Assembly: GCA_963697895.1 (NCBI GenBank)
Contig: OY969100.1
Location: 1,120,001-1,184,000 of the forward strand
DNA: 64,000 nucleotides
Direction of reading: 5' to 3'
From: an uncultured Methanomicrobiales archaeon
Lineage (GTDB): Archaea > Halobacteriota > Methanomicrobia > Methanomicrobiales > Methanospirillaceae
The notes beneath the pieces were generated by a model. It did no database searches, was not told the origin of the DNA, and was given only the letters and a program-made list of their open reading frames with translations. Position 1 is the stretch's first letter. Every line of letters begins with the position of its first letter. The position numbers and the translations under genes were made by a program. Positions 50,683 through 62,900 of this stretch are shown here, one piece after another.

Positions 50683-51363
50683 ATGAGTACCAGCCCCCTT
50701 ATCCGGCTTGACGACGTCAGCAAGATCTATCACCTCGAGAGCGGGGATGTCTTTGCGCTGGACCATGTCTCGCTCGAGATCGGAGAGAACGAATTCGTCG
50801 CGATCATGGGACCCTCGGGATCCGGGAAGTCCACGCTGATGAACCATCTCGGGATCCTGGACGTCCCGACGAGCGGGGTCGTGTCCATCGCGGGAAGGGA
50901 TGTCGCATCGATGACCACGCTCGAACGGACCCACATGCGGCGGGATATCATCGGCTACATCTTCCAGAAATTTTACTTAATCCCCCTCCTTTCGGCCTAC
51001 GAGAACGTGGAGTACCCGCTCATCCTGAAATACAAGAAGAGGGATACTTCGGGCAGGGCCAGGGAATTCCTCGATTCCGTGGGGATCGACGAGGCGATGA
51101 GCGCCCACCGCCCGAACCAGCTCTCCGGCGGGCAGCAGCAGCGGGTCGCGATCGCGAGGGCCCTCGTGAACGATCCGAAGATCCTCCTCTGCGACGAACC
51201 GACCGGGAACCTCGACCGGAAGACCGGCCGCCAGATCATGGATATCCTCGTGCACCTGCACGAGACGGGAAAGACGGTGATCCTCGTCACCCATGACCCG
51301 AAGCTGGCAGACTACGCCCAGCGGACGATCGAGCTCGAGGACGGGAGGATTGCCGCATCATGA
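50683..51363 (+). CDS. LolD/MacB-type ABC ATP-binding protein
   Basis: 'GPSGSGKST', 'LSGGQQQRVAIARAL' and 'DEPTGNLD'. Confidence 0.93.
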   Translation: MSTSPLIRLDDVSKIYHLESGDVFALDHVSLEIGENEFVAIMGPSGSGKSTLMNHLGILDVPTSGVVSIAGRDVASMTTLERTHMRRDIIGYIFQKFYLIPLLSAYENVEYPLILKYKKRDTSGRAREFLDSVGIDEAMSAHRPNQLSGGQQQRVAIARALVNDPKILLCDEPTGNLDRKTGRQIMDILVHLHETGKTVILVTHDPKLADYAQRTIELEDGRIAAS

Positions 51364-52562
51364 AGGACATCTTCCTCGACCTGTCGGTACGGAGCGTCCG
51401 GCGGAATTTCCTCCGGTCCGTCCTCGCATCGATCGGCATCGTGATCGGTGTCGTCGCGATATCGGCGATGGGGATGCTCGGGGCCAACATGCAGCTCCAG
51501 GTGAAGAGCGAGCTCTCCTCGAACGCGAACACGATCGTCATCTCGCCCGGACACCGTGCGGATGGGCCCGCCGGGCACGTTCATCTTCTCCCAGTCCTCC
51601 TCCGCGAACGGGATCACGAAGAGCCAGCTCACCCAGATCCGGAACGCGGTCGGGTCCGACGGTGCCGTGATCCCGATCATGTCGAACAGTACCCAGTACA
51701 TCATCAATTCGCTCCCGGGCAGGGGATCCCTCTATGCCCTGGACCCGAACGACATCCCGAAGTTCCTCACCGTCGCTGACGGGACGAACATCGTGAATGA
51801 CAACGATGCCCTCGTCGGGGCGACGATCGCAGCGAACTTCGACGTCAAACCGGGACGCGGATCCAGCTCGGGTCGTCTTCCGACTCCACCCTCCCGGTCC
51901 TCAGGGTTGCCGGGATCCTGGAAGCACGCGGTACCTCGTCGGACAACATCAACGCGGACAACGCGATCATCGTCTCCAAGAGCTGGTACACCGACCAGTT
52001 CAGCACGCCGGACTACTCCCAGGTGAACGTGATCGTGAACGACATCGACACCATCAACGCGACCGAGATGGCGATCGGTGCGAAGCTGAACACGAAGAAG
52101 GATGTCGTCCGGATCGCCGATGCGAGTTCCCGGCTCTCCTCCATAACCTCGACGATCGGCACGCTCTCGTCGATGATGATGGCGATCGGCGCGATATCCC
52201 TGGTCGTCGCGGCCGTGAGCATCTTCAACGTCATGATGATGTCGGTGAACGAACGCGTCCAGGAGATCGGCATCCTGCTCTCCATCGGGACAGAGAAGGG
52301 CGAGGTCCGCCGCATGTTCCTCTACGAGGCAGTCATTCTCGGCATCGTCGGGGGAGGCGTCGGGGCGATCGCGAGTTTCGCCATCGGCTTTTCCGTGGTG
52401 AGCGCCCTCCTCGGTACGACGGCATACTTCTTCCTCTGGGAAAACCTGATCTACCTCCCCATCGGGATGGTCGTGGGTATCGCGGTCTGCGTCCTCTCGG
52501 GGCTCTATCCGGCCTGGAGGGCATCGAACATGGACCCGATCGATGCGCTGAGGGCGGAATGA
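51360..52562 (+). CDS. FtsX/MacB-type ABC permease (two frameshifts)
   Basis: 'RSVLASIGIVIGV' ... 'MSVNERVQEIGIL' ... 'PAWRASNMDPIDALRAE'. Confidence 0.85.
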
Positions 52563-52608
52563 AACTCCACCCTTCTTTACCTTACGAATCTATTTTTCCA
52601 ATACTACA

Positions 52609-52998
52609 ATGAAATCCGGAACACCCGCTCATCCGATGATACTTTCAAGATCCGATATCCTGTACTCGGACCGCCTTGTCGAGATATTGGAAAAAGGGAT
52701 CCTGTTCCGGAAGTACTACCTCCCCATACTGTCCGCCAGGTTCGTCCCTTTTTCCGAGATCAACCATATAGATGTCAGGATGCCGATGATCACCACGGGA
52801 AAATGGCGGATCGGCGGGACGGGGTCCCCCTTTAGCATCTGGTTCCCGTTCGACTGGCACCGCCCATCTCGTGACCGGATCTTCCGGGCCGCCCTGAAAA
52901 ACGGGACGGCGATCGGCTTCACCGTCGAGGACTCTGCCAGGGTGATCGATATTCTCAGGAGGCTGGGTATGATCGGCATGGACGAGACGGCAATATGA
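52609..52998 (+). CDS. hypothetical protein
   Basis: 129-aa ORF, 'YSD..VEI...GI.F..YY.P', 'WRIGG', 'IGFTVED'. Confidence 0.7.
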   Translation: MKSGTPAHPMILSRSDILYSDRLVEILEKGILFRKYYLPILSARFVPFSEINHIDVRMPMITTGKWRIGGTGSPFSIWFPFDWHRPSRDRIFRAALKNGTAIGFTVEDSARVIDILRRLGMIGMDETAI

Positions 52999-53200
52999 TC
53001 TGGGATGAAAGAAGGGGTTTTCTGATCACCGCACGGTTTCGGGCCTGCGTTATTCAACATTTGGCAATGGCGGTTCCGGCAAGGCGAATATCCCGTAGTT
53101 TATAAAAGAAATAGCGTATCATTTTCATATCGCAACACAGCTCCGTGCTATTTATCTGTCACAGTCGTGAATGATTGAAATATCAAGAGGCCATAGAAAA

Positions 53201-56051
53201 ATGCCCGATCCAACCGAAGCACAGACCCGGCGGGAGAAGATCGATCCCCTCCTCAAAGAACAGGGATGGGACGTCAGGAACCGCTCCCAGGTTGTGCTTG
53301 AGGTCGATACCAGGCAGTCCGATTTTGTATCCCGTGATTACAAGACGGTGAAAGAGACTCTTAAAAACGATGAAGAAAGCAAATATGTCGATTATCTCCT
53401 CCTTGATTCTGCCGGTGCACCTTTGGCCATTGTCGAGGCAAAACGTACCTCGAAGGATTCTCACGTCGGGCAGAAGCAGGCCGAAGAATATACAGACGAT
53501 ATCAAACGACAGACCGGGAAGGAGGTTTTCATTTTTCTTACCAATGGCGACCAGATCATGTTCTGGGACCGGTCACGATATCCGCCCCGGTACGTAAAGG
53601 GTTTCTATTCCCGCCGGGACCTTGAACGGGTGAGGTTCCAGACATCGTTCGGCCAGATCCCAAAGGAGATTGAGATCGATCCCCACATCATCGACCGGGC
53701 GAGGGGTATCGAATGTGCAAAGAGAGTCGTTGAACATATTCACAAGGGGAACCGGAAAGGCCTGATCGTCATGGCAACCGGGACCGGGAAGACCCGGGTC
53801 GCCATGGCCATCATCGATGTCCTCATGAGAGAGAACCTTGTCCAGAAAGTCCTCTTTCTCACCGATCGGATCGCCCTCCGGGACCAGGCATTTGTCAAGG
53901 GGTTCAAGGCCTTTTTCCCGGAAGAATCAAAGGATAAAATCCTCTCCGGGATTTACAACCAGAATAAACGATTGTATGTCTCGACGATTCAGACTTTCCA
54001 GGAAATTTTTCTGGAAAAGACGAACGGAGTATATAACCTCTCGCCAGGTGAATTTGACCTGATCATCTCCGATGAGGCTCACCGGTCCATCTATCATAAG
54101 TGGCGTGATATCTTCACCTATTTTGACTCTATGCAGATCGGATTGACCGCAACTCCGGCAGACCTCATCGAGCGGGATACGTTCCGGTTCTTCGGATGCC
54201 AGGACCATTCCCCCACAGCTCTCTACACCTATGAGGAAGCAGTGGAGGACGGGGTTCTGGTTGATTTCCGGAAGGGTATCGTCAGTGCCCAGACCCATTT
54301 CAAGATACACGGGATTACTCCCCGCGACCTTACCGATGGAGAACGTCAGCGGCTCATCGATCAGGGAATCGATCCCGACGAAATCAATTTCGAGGGGAGC
54401 GATCTTGAGAAGAAAATCGCGGTGAAAGGAACTTCCGAAGCGATCGTGCGTGAGTTCATGGACAGTCTGTCTTCGTGACGAGTCCGGGATGCTTCCGGCA
54501 AAGTCGATCTTCTTTGCGATCTCGAAGAAGCATGCCTCCCGGCTGCAGGAGGCATTTGATTCGCTCTATCCGGAATACCGGGGCGATTTGGCAAGGACGA
54601 TCGTATCCGAAGATTCGCGGGCCTCTACCCTGATCAGAGAGTTTGAGGACAAGTCCCTACCGAGAGTTGCGATCTCAGTGGATATGCTCGATACGGGTAT
54701 CGATATTCCGGAGGTGAGCAACCTGGTCTTTGCAAAGCCGGTCTTCTCGAAGATCAAATTCTGGCAGATGATCGGGAGGGGCACCCGGTCGAACGCTGCC
54801 TGCACGCACTTTAACTGGTTGCCGAACGGGAAGAAAGAAAGGTTCCTGATCTTCGACTTCTGGAATAATTTCGAATACTGGGAGATGCATCCCGAGGGAG
54901 AGGTCCCGGCACAGGTCGAGGCGATGATGGGAAGGATCTTCCTGACCCGGCTGAAGCAGCTCGAATATGCGATGAACCGGGGGGATGAAGCCCTTGCCTC
55001 ATCAGTCCGTGAGAAGATCAGGGACGATATTCAGGCCCTGCCCATGGAATCGGTGACTGTCCGAGAACACAAGAAGGATGTGGAAAAAGCCCTCTCTCCG
55101 GATCTCTGGGACAATGTGGGCCTCGATCCTCTCTCGTTTCTCAGGGAACGGATCCTGTCGCTGATGCGGTTCCGGTCCGGAGGGAACCCTGAGACGGCCT
55201 CCTTCACCCTGAAGTGTGAGCAGCTGGGACTAGCCTCGCTCCAGCACAACGACCGGGAGATCGAACGGCTGAAGGGGGATATCGGCACCATGGTAGACTG
55301 TCTTCCGGAGACGATCAACGCAGTCCGTGAGATGGCCGATGTGAAACGGATGGTACTCTCCCATTCGTTCTGGGACACGCTCAGCTATGACGACAGCCAG
55401 AAAATGATGGCCGACCTCGGTCCCCTGATGCTCTATATGCAGAAGGAACCCACCCGTACGATCATTATCGACATGGCTGACCCGATCGAGAAAGTCCGGG
55501 TTCTATCGCTGCATGAAGAGAAGGAGGAGGAATACATCACCCACTACCGCGAGCAGGTCGAGGCCCGGATCAAGGCCCTTGCCGACCGTAACTTGGCGAT
55601 GAAGAAGATCCGGGAGAACACGCCGCTCACACATGACGACCTGGTATCTCTCGAAGAGACGCTGCTCGGACCGGAGTTCGGCGAAGAGGTCGAGCCTGGC
55701 GAGTATGGGGCCGGAGGGGTGACGGTACGGGATTCGGTCCTGGTCCGGTTCATCCGGCAGGTGCTCGGGCTCTATGAGCAGCCAGACCCCGAAACGTTGA
55801 TCCGGGACGCGTTCCAGACCTTCATGATCGAGCAGAACCGACAGTATTCCGCCGACCAGCTCACCTTTATTCGGATGATCCAATCGTTCTTTGCGAAGAA
55901 GCACCATATCGAGTTCCGAGATTTCTACGAGCCGCCGTTCATTATTCTTGGGTCGAGCGTGCCGATGCCGATGTTCTCGGAGGAGGACCTCAATACATTT
56001 GTGGGAATTTGTAATCGGGTTGAGCGGCAACTGGTCGGGGCGGAGGCGTGA
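53201..56051 (+). CDS. hsdR: type I restriction subunit R (frameshift near 54467)
   Basis: 'VDYLL...IVEAK', 'MATGTGKT', 'DEAHRS', 'GLTATP', then 'VDMLDTGID' and 'QMIGRGTR'. Confidence 0.92.
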
Positions 56052-56054
56052 GGG

Positions 56055-57224
56055 ATGGAAAAGAGGGAGCTGCCGGAGGGGTGGGAATGGAAGAAATTGC
56101 AGGAAGTCACTTTAAAATATATTAATGGTGGAACGCCTTCCACAGCAATACCAGAATATTGGGATGGTCCAATTCCTTGGACCACCAGTAAATCGATTAT
56201 ATCATGCACTATACACAATGGTGAAAAATTAATATCAGAAGAAGCAATTAAAAAAAGTTCATCAAATATCGTTCCAAAAAATAATGTTCTCATTGCGACA
56301 CGAGTTGGAATTGGAAAATCTGCGGTTAACTCAATAGATATTGCAATTAGTCAAGATTTAACGGGTGTTATCCTCGATAAAAAGATAATTTCACCTGAAT
56401 TTTTTGTCCATTATCTACACAATCAAAAGTTATTAAAGAAACTTGAATCAAGTGCCCGAGGTTCCACAATCAAAGGGCTTCAACGTTCGGATTTGGACCG
56501 AATAGAGATCCCCCTCCCACCTCTCCCCGTCCAGCGCCGCATCGTTGAGATCCTCGAACAGGCGGATGCCCTGCGACGACTCCGGACACAGGCCGATGCA
56601 GAGACGCAGAAACTGCTGCAGAGCGTATTCTATGAGATGTTCGGGGACCCGGTGAGGAATGAGAAGGGGTGGGAAGTTATTGAGCTTGGAGACATTGCTC
56701 TGTTTCAAATGGGTCAATCCCCCCCCGGAATAAGTTATAACAAGAAAGGTATTGGTTTGCCTTTATTGAATGGACCTGAAGAATTTGGGAATAAATATCC
56801 GAATCCAATACAATATACAACACAACCAAAGAAAGTTTGTAAAAAAGGCGATATTTTATTTTGCGTGCGAGGAGCGACAGCAGGAAGGATGAATTTTGCA
56901 GATAAAATATATTGTATAGGTCGGGGATTGGCATCCATAAGGGAAATTCCGAATAAATCAGTAAAACAATATTTATATCAATTTCTTGCATTAAATTATA
57001 ACAAATTTCAGAAAATAGGTCGAGGAAGTACTTTCATTAATATTTCACGTGCCGACTTAAGCACAATAAAAATACCTCTTCCACCCATCTCACTTCAAGA
57101 AAAGTTTTGCTTAGTTGTTGAGGAAACAGAATTGATCCGTGACTTTCAAGGAAGATCAAGCCAAGAAGCTGAGAATTTGTTCGAAGGATTAATGGCCAAA
57201 GTATTCAATGGAGAATTAAAATAA
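56055..57224 (+). CDS. hsdS: type I specificity subunit
   Basis: 'LPEGWEW', two 'IPLPP..Q' repeats, 'MFGDP..NEKGW' and two TRDs. Confidence 0.93.
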   Translation: MEKRELPEGWEWKKLQEVTLKYINGGTPSTAIPEYWDGPIPWTTSKSIISCTIHNGEKLISEEAIKKSSSNIVPKNNVLIATRVGIGKSAVNSIDIAISQDLTGVILDKKIISPEFFVHYLHNQKLLKKLESSARGSTIKGLQRSDLDRIEIPLPPLPVQRRIVEILEQADALRRLRTQADAETQKLLQSVFYEMFGDPVRNEKGWEVIELGDIALFQMGQSPPGISYNKKGIGLPLLNGPEEFGNKYPNPIQYTTQPKKVCKKGDILFCVRGATAGRMNFADKIYCIGRGLASIREIPNKSVKQYLYQFLALNYNKFQKIGRGSTFINISRADLSTIKIPLPPISLQEKFCLVVEETELIRDFQGRSSQEAENLFEGLMAKVFNGELK

Positions 57225-57225
57225 A

Positions 57226-58743
57226 ATGCGCCTCGCCCCCGAACTCAAGTCCAATATTGACATCCTCTGGGACCGCTTCTGGAGCGGAGGCATGTCGAAC
57301 CCTCTCCAGTCCATCGAGCAGATGTCTTACCTTATCTTCATGAAGCGGCTCGAAGACATGGACCTTCAGGAAGCGAACAGGGCGAGGGCAAACAAGATCC
57401 CCTTCACTTCGGCCTTTGCCGGCCACGAAAACTGCCGCTGGTCGGTGTGGAAACACTTCCCTGCCGATAAAATGCTGATCCATGTCCGGGACGTCGTATT
57501 CCCATTCATCAAGAATCTCCACAACGGTGAGAAATCGCTCTTCGCTCAGCATATGCAGGACGCCATCTTTATCATCCCCAAACCCTCCCTCCTCCAGGAA
57601 GCGGTGGCCATCCTTGACGATATGAACATCACCGCCCAGAACCGCGACACACAGGGGGATATCTACGAATACCTCCTCTCCCAGCTCAAGACCGCCGGGA
57701 AGAACGGCCAGTTCCGGACACCTCGTCATCTCATCAGGATGATCGTCGCCCTGGTCGATCCCGATATCAACGACCGGATCTGTGATCCTGCCTGCGGCAC
57801 GGCGGGGTTCCTGGTGAACGCCTACGAGCACATCATCCGGAAATACACGAGCAAAGACCTCCTACACGAAGACGAAGAAGGGGAGATATACAACCTGGTT
57901 GGGGATCGTATCACTAACCCCGAGCATTGGAAGAAGCTCTGGACCGACACCCTCTACGGCTATGACTTTGATGTGACCATGGTCCGTATCTCGCTCATGA
58001 ACATGGTGCTCCACGGGATTCGTGCACCGAAAGTCAATCTCATGGACACCCTCTCCAAGCGGTTCGAGGAGAGAAACCGCTACACTGTCGTCCTGGCCAA
58101 TCCGCCCTTCAAGGGGAGCATCGACAAGACGGATATCAACGACAAGCTCACCCTAGCGACCACCAAGACCGAACTGCTGTTCGTGGAACGGATGATGCAG
58201 CTCCTCCAGGTCGGCGGAAGGTGCGGGGTCATCGTGCCGGACGGCGTCCTGTTCGGGAGCTCGAAGGCTCACAAGAAATTGAGGCAGATGCTCATTGAGA
58301 CCTGTCAGGTCGAAGGTGTGGTGTCCATGCCTTCCGGCGTATTCCGACCGTATGCTGGGGTCTCCACCGCCGTTTTGGTCTTTACCAGGGGCGGGTGCAC
58401 CGACCGTGTGTGGTTCTATGACATGGATGCCGACGGGTACTCGCTTGATGACAAACGGACCTTCATTGACGGCAAAGGGGATATCCCGGATGTCATCGGA
58501 CACTTCAGAAACCGGCGGGAAGAGAACCCTGTCGACCGGAAAAAGAAATACTTCTTCGTCCCGGTAAAAGAGATCATCGAGAACGGGTACGACCTCACCG
58601 TGTCCCGGTACAAGGAGATCGAATACGAGGAGGTCGAGTACGAGAAGCCCGAGATCATCCTTCAGCGGATCGGTGAGCTGGAGGATGAAATTAGGAAAAA
58701 GGTTACTGAACTGGAAATTATTTTAAAAAAAATGAATAAGTGA
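57226..58743 (+). CDS. hsdM: type I N6-adenine methyltransferase
   Basis: 'GQFRTPRH', 'DPACGTAGFL' and 'LANPPF'. Confidence 0.95.
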   Translation: MRLAPELKSNIDILWDRFWSGGMSNPLQSIEQMSYLIFMKRLEDMDLQEANRARANKIPFTSAFAGHENCRWSVWKHFPADKMLIHVRDVVFPFIKNLHNGEKSLFAQHMQDAIFIIPKPSLLQEAVAILDDMNITAQNRDTQGDIYEYLLSQLKTAGKNGQFRTPRHLIRMIVALVDPDINDRICDPACGTAGFLVNAYEHIIRKYTSKDLLHEDEEGEIYNLVGDRITNPEHWKKLWTDTLYGYDFDVTMVRISLMNMVLHGIRAPKVNLMDTLSKRFEERNRYTVVLANPPFKGSIDKTDINDKLTLATTKTELLFVERMMQLLQVGGRCGVIVPDGVLFGSSKAHKKLRQMLIETCQVEGVVSMPSGVFRPYAGVSTAVLVFTRGGCTDRVWFYDMDADGYSLDDKRTFIDGKGDIPDVIGHFRNRREENPVDRKKKYFFVPVKEIIENGYDLTVSRYKEIEYEEVEYEKPEIILQRIGELEDEIRKKVTELEIILKKMNK

Positions 58744-58807
58744 TTCACTTTCTCCTCTATAATCAGGTTATTGAAGAATATCCAGGTGACACTCCCTATC
58801 CAAGTTA

Positions 58808-59052
58808 CCTCACCTATTCGAAGAAGTCGCCTGCATGCAGGAGCATGCTCGGATTTTTCTGCGTTGATCCGGTCGATCGCCGATAGAAAATTGTCATGGA
58901 CCTACTTCTCGCGAAGTTTCAATCCGGATTCCAGGTCGAGCCGATTGAACTACAAAAGGCCGGGGTGGGTATTGGCGATGTGGACGAGGTGCATTTTGTA
59001 TTACACTTGTATTGCTTTTGTGGAGAGTGATATAAGCTGGGGTGGGTGGGGT
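58808..59052 (-). pseudogene. degenerate copy of the mre11 5' end plus upstream block
   Basis: Aligns by eye to 46922-47165; translates MHLVHIANTHPGLL* versus Mre11 MHVVHIADTHLGLSQF. Confidence 0.9.
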
Positions 59053-59146
59053 TAAGGTGAAGCAAATCTTTTTTCCGTTAAATGTTAGAGGAAAATATAT
59101 TTGGATTGAAATAAATTGTTTTAATAGTAATGCTGGGGATGCATAG

Positions 59147-59938
59147 ATGCTCACAGGTTCAATTGAATATCGGATTGAAGATGGGCCTGTGTTAGGTTTG
59201 GGCATCTCCATCACAGAAGATGAACTTGAATCAGCACTTGATGGGCCAGTTGCTAAAATAATTTTTGACACCGAAGAAACAGCTCGTTTGACTTTACTTA
59301 TCGAAAGCATTCCTGATACAAATTTCACTTCTGTATCAATTCAAGGAGTATTCTCTTCACGGAGTATTCCAAAAAACTGGCGTGTAGGAGAGGCATTAGC
59401 AGAGGTATATTTAGTTTATAATCATGCTTGTCAATTTCCATGGCCGAATAGTAGAGATGAGAAAAAATCAGGTTCGAGTTTACCTGGGGCAGATCTTGTT
59501 GGTTTTCACAAACATGGTTCAACGTATCGATTTGCATTTGGGGAAGTAAAAACATCCTGTGAAAGCAGGTATCCCCCAGGAGTGATGTATGGAAGGTCCG
59601 GCTTTAAGCAGCAGCTTGAGGATCTAAAGGGAGACCAGACAATTCGTGACGATTTAGTAAAATATCTTGCACATAGGGCAGCAAATTCTACATGGTTAGA
59701 TCAGTTTATTGAAGCGGCTAAGCGTTATTTTTCCAACAGCGGTGACTGCCAAATTTTTGGAATTCTAATTCGTGATGTTCCCCCAAATGGAGATGACCTC
59801 CATTCTCGGACTAACAGACTGGGTCTAAATTGCGCAAACCCCATGTCGATACGTTTATTTGCTTTTTATCTACCTACAAATAGAATACCAACATTAAGTG
59901 AAAATGTCATGCGACGGATACAAGGGGGCAATACATGA
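59147..59938 (+). CDS. PD-(D/E)XK-like nuclease, HamA-like
   Basis: 'VGEALAE', 'GADLVGF' and 'FGEVKTS'; AT-rich; stop overlaps the helicase ATG. Confidence 0.65.
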   Translation: MLTGSIEYRIEDGPVLGLGISITEDELESALDGPVAKIIFDTEETARLTLLIESIPDTNFTSVSIQGVFSSRSIPKNWRVGEALAEVYLVYNHACQFPWPNSRDEKKSGSSLPGADLVGFHKHGSTYRFAFGEVKTSCESRYPPGVMYGRSGFKQQLEDLKGDQTIRDDLVKYLAHRAANSTWLDQFIEAAKRYFSNSGDCQIFGILIRDVPPNGDDLHSRTNRLGLNCANPMSIRLFAFYLPTNRIPTLSENVMRRIQGGNT

Positions 59939-62900
59939 ATATTACGCATGAATCTCTGAGAGATGTTGATTCTCATTGGGCTGTATTCAGCTGTAGGGGA
60001 AGTTGAAAGGGATCGAGGACTTGAGGTGGTTGATGCTCGGTTGGTTAATAAAGCAGTTGGGAGGTGGATAACCTTTGACTTTCATGAAACTGATTTTGAT
60101 GACGATATCTTAAAACGATTAGCAATGGCTTATGAAATAGCAGCAATAGAAGGGCTTTCCTCATTTACAAGTACGACTGCTGATTCAACGATTTTACGTA
60201 TGAAATGCGCCTCCGGTGCATATAGGGCTTTTGAAATTCGACGAATTTTCAACATTCCAGAAGGGAATGAAGAAAAAATCTATCACATTTTACATTTATC
60301 CGCTCTAGCTTATTGTGGGGATCGATGGTCAGATCTTCGACGTTGGTATAATGATAACCGTGAAGCAATTCATCTGTCTTTGCCTGAAAATCCGGCCTGG
60401 GATCATCGTGTATTATATCGTCTTTTTGATTGCTGGATACGGCTATTCCGGAAAGATGGATGGGATGACATAGACCAGATTAACCAAATTATCGCCGATT
60501 TACGAGAAGATCAAGCTTCTTTTGAAGCTGGCGTCCTAAATTCAGGATCTAAGACTAGAGACCAATTTATGGCCTTCAGATTAATTGGATTATATCATTG
60601 GGCAAAAGGGACAGAATTACTTTCAAACTACATGATACATGGGAGACCTTTAGACATCTCGACCCTTCTAGATAAACACTTTGAGACTGCAATAGAATCG
60701 GCAAAGTTAGGTTCTGATGCCCAACTGGAAATATTACTCAGGTGGCTCCATACTACATCGCGACAAATGGTAACCGGATCAATATGGTGGGTTGCAAGAG
60801 CTGAAAATTCGCGAGTTACAGCGTTTGTGAAAGAACTTACTGAAAAACAAGCGATGTTTGAATTATTACCACCCCAACGGGCAGCTTTACAAGAACAAGG
60901 GCTTCTGGATCAAGCAGCTACTGCCGTTGTGATTGATATGCCCACGTCTGGTGGGAAAACTTTGTTGGCCCAGTTCCGAATTTTACAGGCATTGAATACG
61001 TTTTCAGGAGATAATGGATGGGTCGCTTATGTTGCACCTACACGAGCTTTGACCTCTCAAATAACCAGAAGATTACGTCGAGATTTTGAACCAATTAATG
61101 TCCGTGTCGAGCAACTTACTGGCGCGATTGAAATTGATACATTTGAGAATGATTTACTTGCAAGGACGGATGCCTCTAAGTCATTCAATGTCCTCGTCGC
61201 AACCCCTGAGAAACTACAGCTCGTCATTCGAAATAGAAAGGTCCCAAGACCTTTAGCGCTTGTCGTGATGGATGAAGCCCATAATATTGAAAATGCAAAT
61301 CGAGGATTAAGGATTGAATTACTCCTTGCGACAATCAAGCGGGAATGTCGAACTGCCAAATTTCTTTTGTTGATGCCCTATGTCGAAAAAACCGAGACAC
61401 TTGCCAGATGGCTAGCTGACGATATTCATGCCGGACGTGCGATTAGTTTCGGCACAGGTATTTGGAAACCGAATGAGAGAATTGTTGGAATGTATCATGC
61501 TATTGAGGACGCATCTGTAAAGGCTGGGTGGCGCATATCATATAAAACTTTAACAACAACGCCAAAAACCATCACTTTAACTGGTGTTCATTCTGTTGGG
61601 GGTGTGAAACCTCTTCCTCTACCAAAAAGCAGAGTACTCCATAATCTAAGTATTCAAACTGCAGCGATTGCGTCAGTATTATCAGGGCGTGGGACAAGTA
61701 TCGCCGTTGCAAAAACAATTAGAGATACTTGGAGTATGGCTAGGCATCTCAACGCTGCATTCACTCCATTATCCCCAATTCCCCACGAGATCAATCTTGT
61801 TCAGAACTATTTGAAAACAGAAGTGAGTCCTGATTTCGAATTAATCGAGATGTTATCAAAAGGAATCGGCGTCCATCATGCAGGCCTCTCCGACGAAATC
61901 AGAGCATTAATTGAATGGTTAGCAGAGGAAGGCAAGCTGAAAGTATTATGCGCAACAACAACGATTGCTCAAGGTATTAATTTCCCTGTTACATCGGTAT
62001 TCCTTGCCTCCCGTTTTGTTTATAATGAACCTTACAGCGAAGAAATGCCGCCACGAGATTTTTGGAACCTTGCAGGACGAGCAGGTCGAATGAAACACGA
62101 TAGTGTTGGGGTTGTAGGCTTGGCGGGGGGGAATAATCCTGATGAAATTGTGGAATATGTTAAAAAAGCCACAGGGGAATTAGCTTCGCAATTAGTGGAT
62201 TTATTAAATGATTTGGAGAGGAATGGTCAGTTAAATAATCTTCAAGTTGTGATACAAGATAAACAATGGGAAGATTTCCGGTGTTATGTTGCCCATTTAT
62301 GGAATGAGGTAAGAAATTTAGAAAATGTTCTCTCAAATACCGAACAACTTTTACGTAATACATATGGATATAACATTCTTCGCGATTCCGAAAATGGACG
62401 AAGAAAAGCAGATAAACTTCTTGAAGTCACAAAAAATTACGCTAGGTGGTTATCAGACCATTCGGATTATGCAGAAATGGCAGATATGACAGGTTTTTCT
62501 CCTGAAGGAGTAGAGGAAGCGATTAATGGTTTAAACGGATTAGAACGACAACTAACACCTGATGATTGGACTCCAGAGAGTTTATTCGGTCAGGCCTCTG
62601 AGATGGCCCATCTTTATGGAATCATGCTCAATGTGCCAAAACTTGCTGAATCTCTAAAAAAGATAGGAGGCGAAGGAAGAGAATTTGAACACATCGCTGA
62701 TTTAACAAGTGATTGGGTGAACGGGAAAAGCATTCAGGAAATTGCGCGAGCATATTTTGGTGGAGACATTGATCAAACAAAAGCGATAACTCTTGCTAGT
62801 AAAGCAATCTATCAAAATCTAGTAAATTCAGGAACATGGGGCTTTTCAGACTTTAAGTCATCTCTCCGGGTTCGATTTTGAAAATTTATCTGAATCTATG

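Noticed and set aside
50047-51363. Apparent S-layer domain/ABC ATPase fusion (438 aa)
   Set aside because: This is an artefact of a frameshift near 50470. The surface protein's TM tail is in another frame ending at 50671, and the ATPase has its own ATG at 50683.
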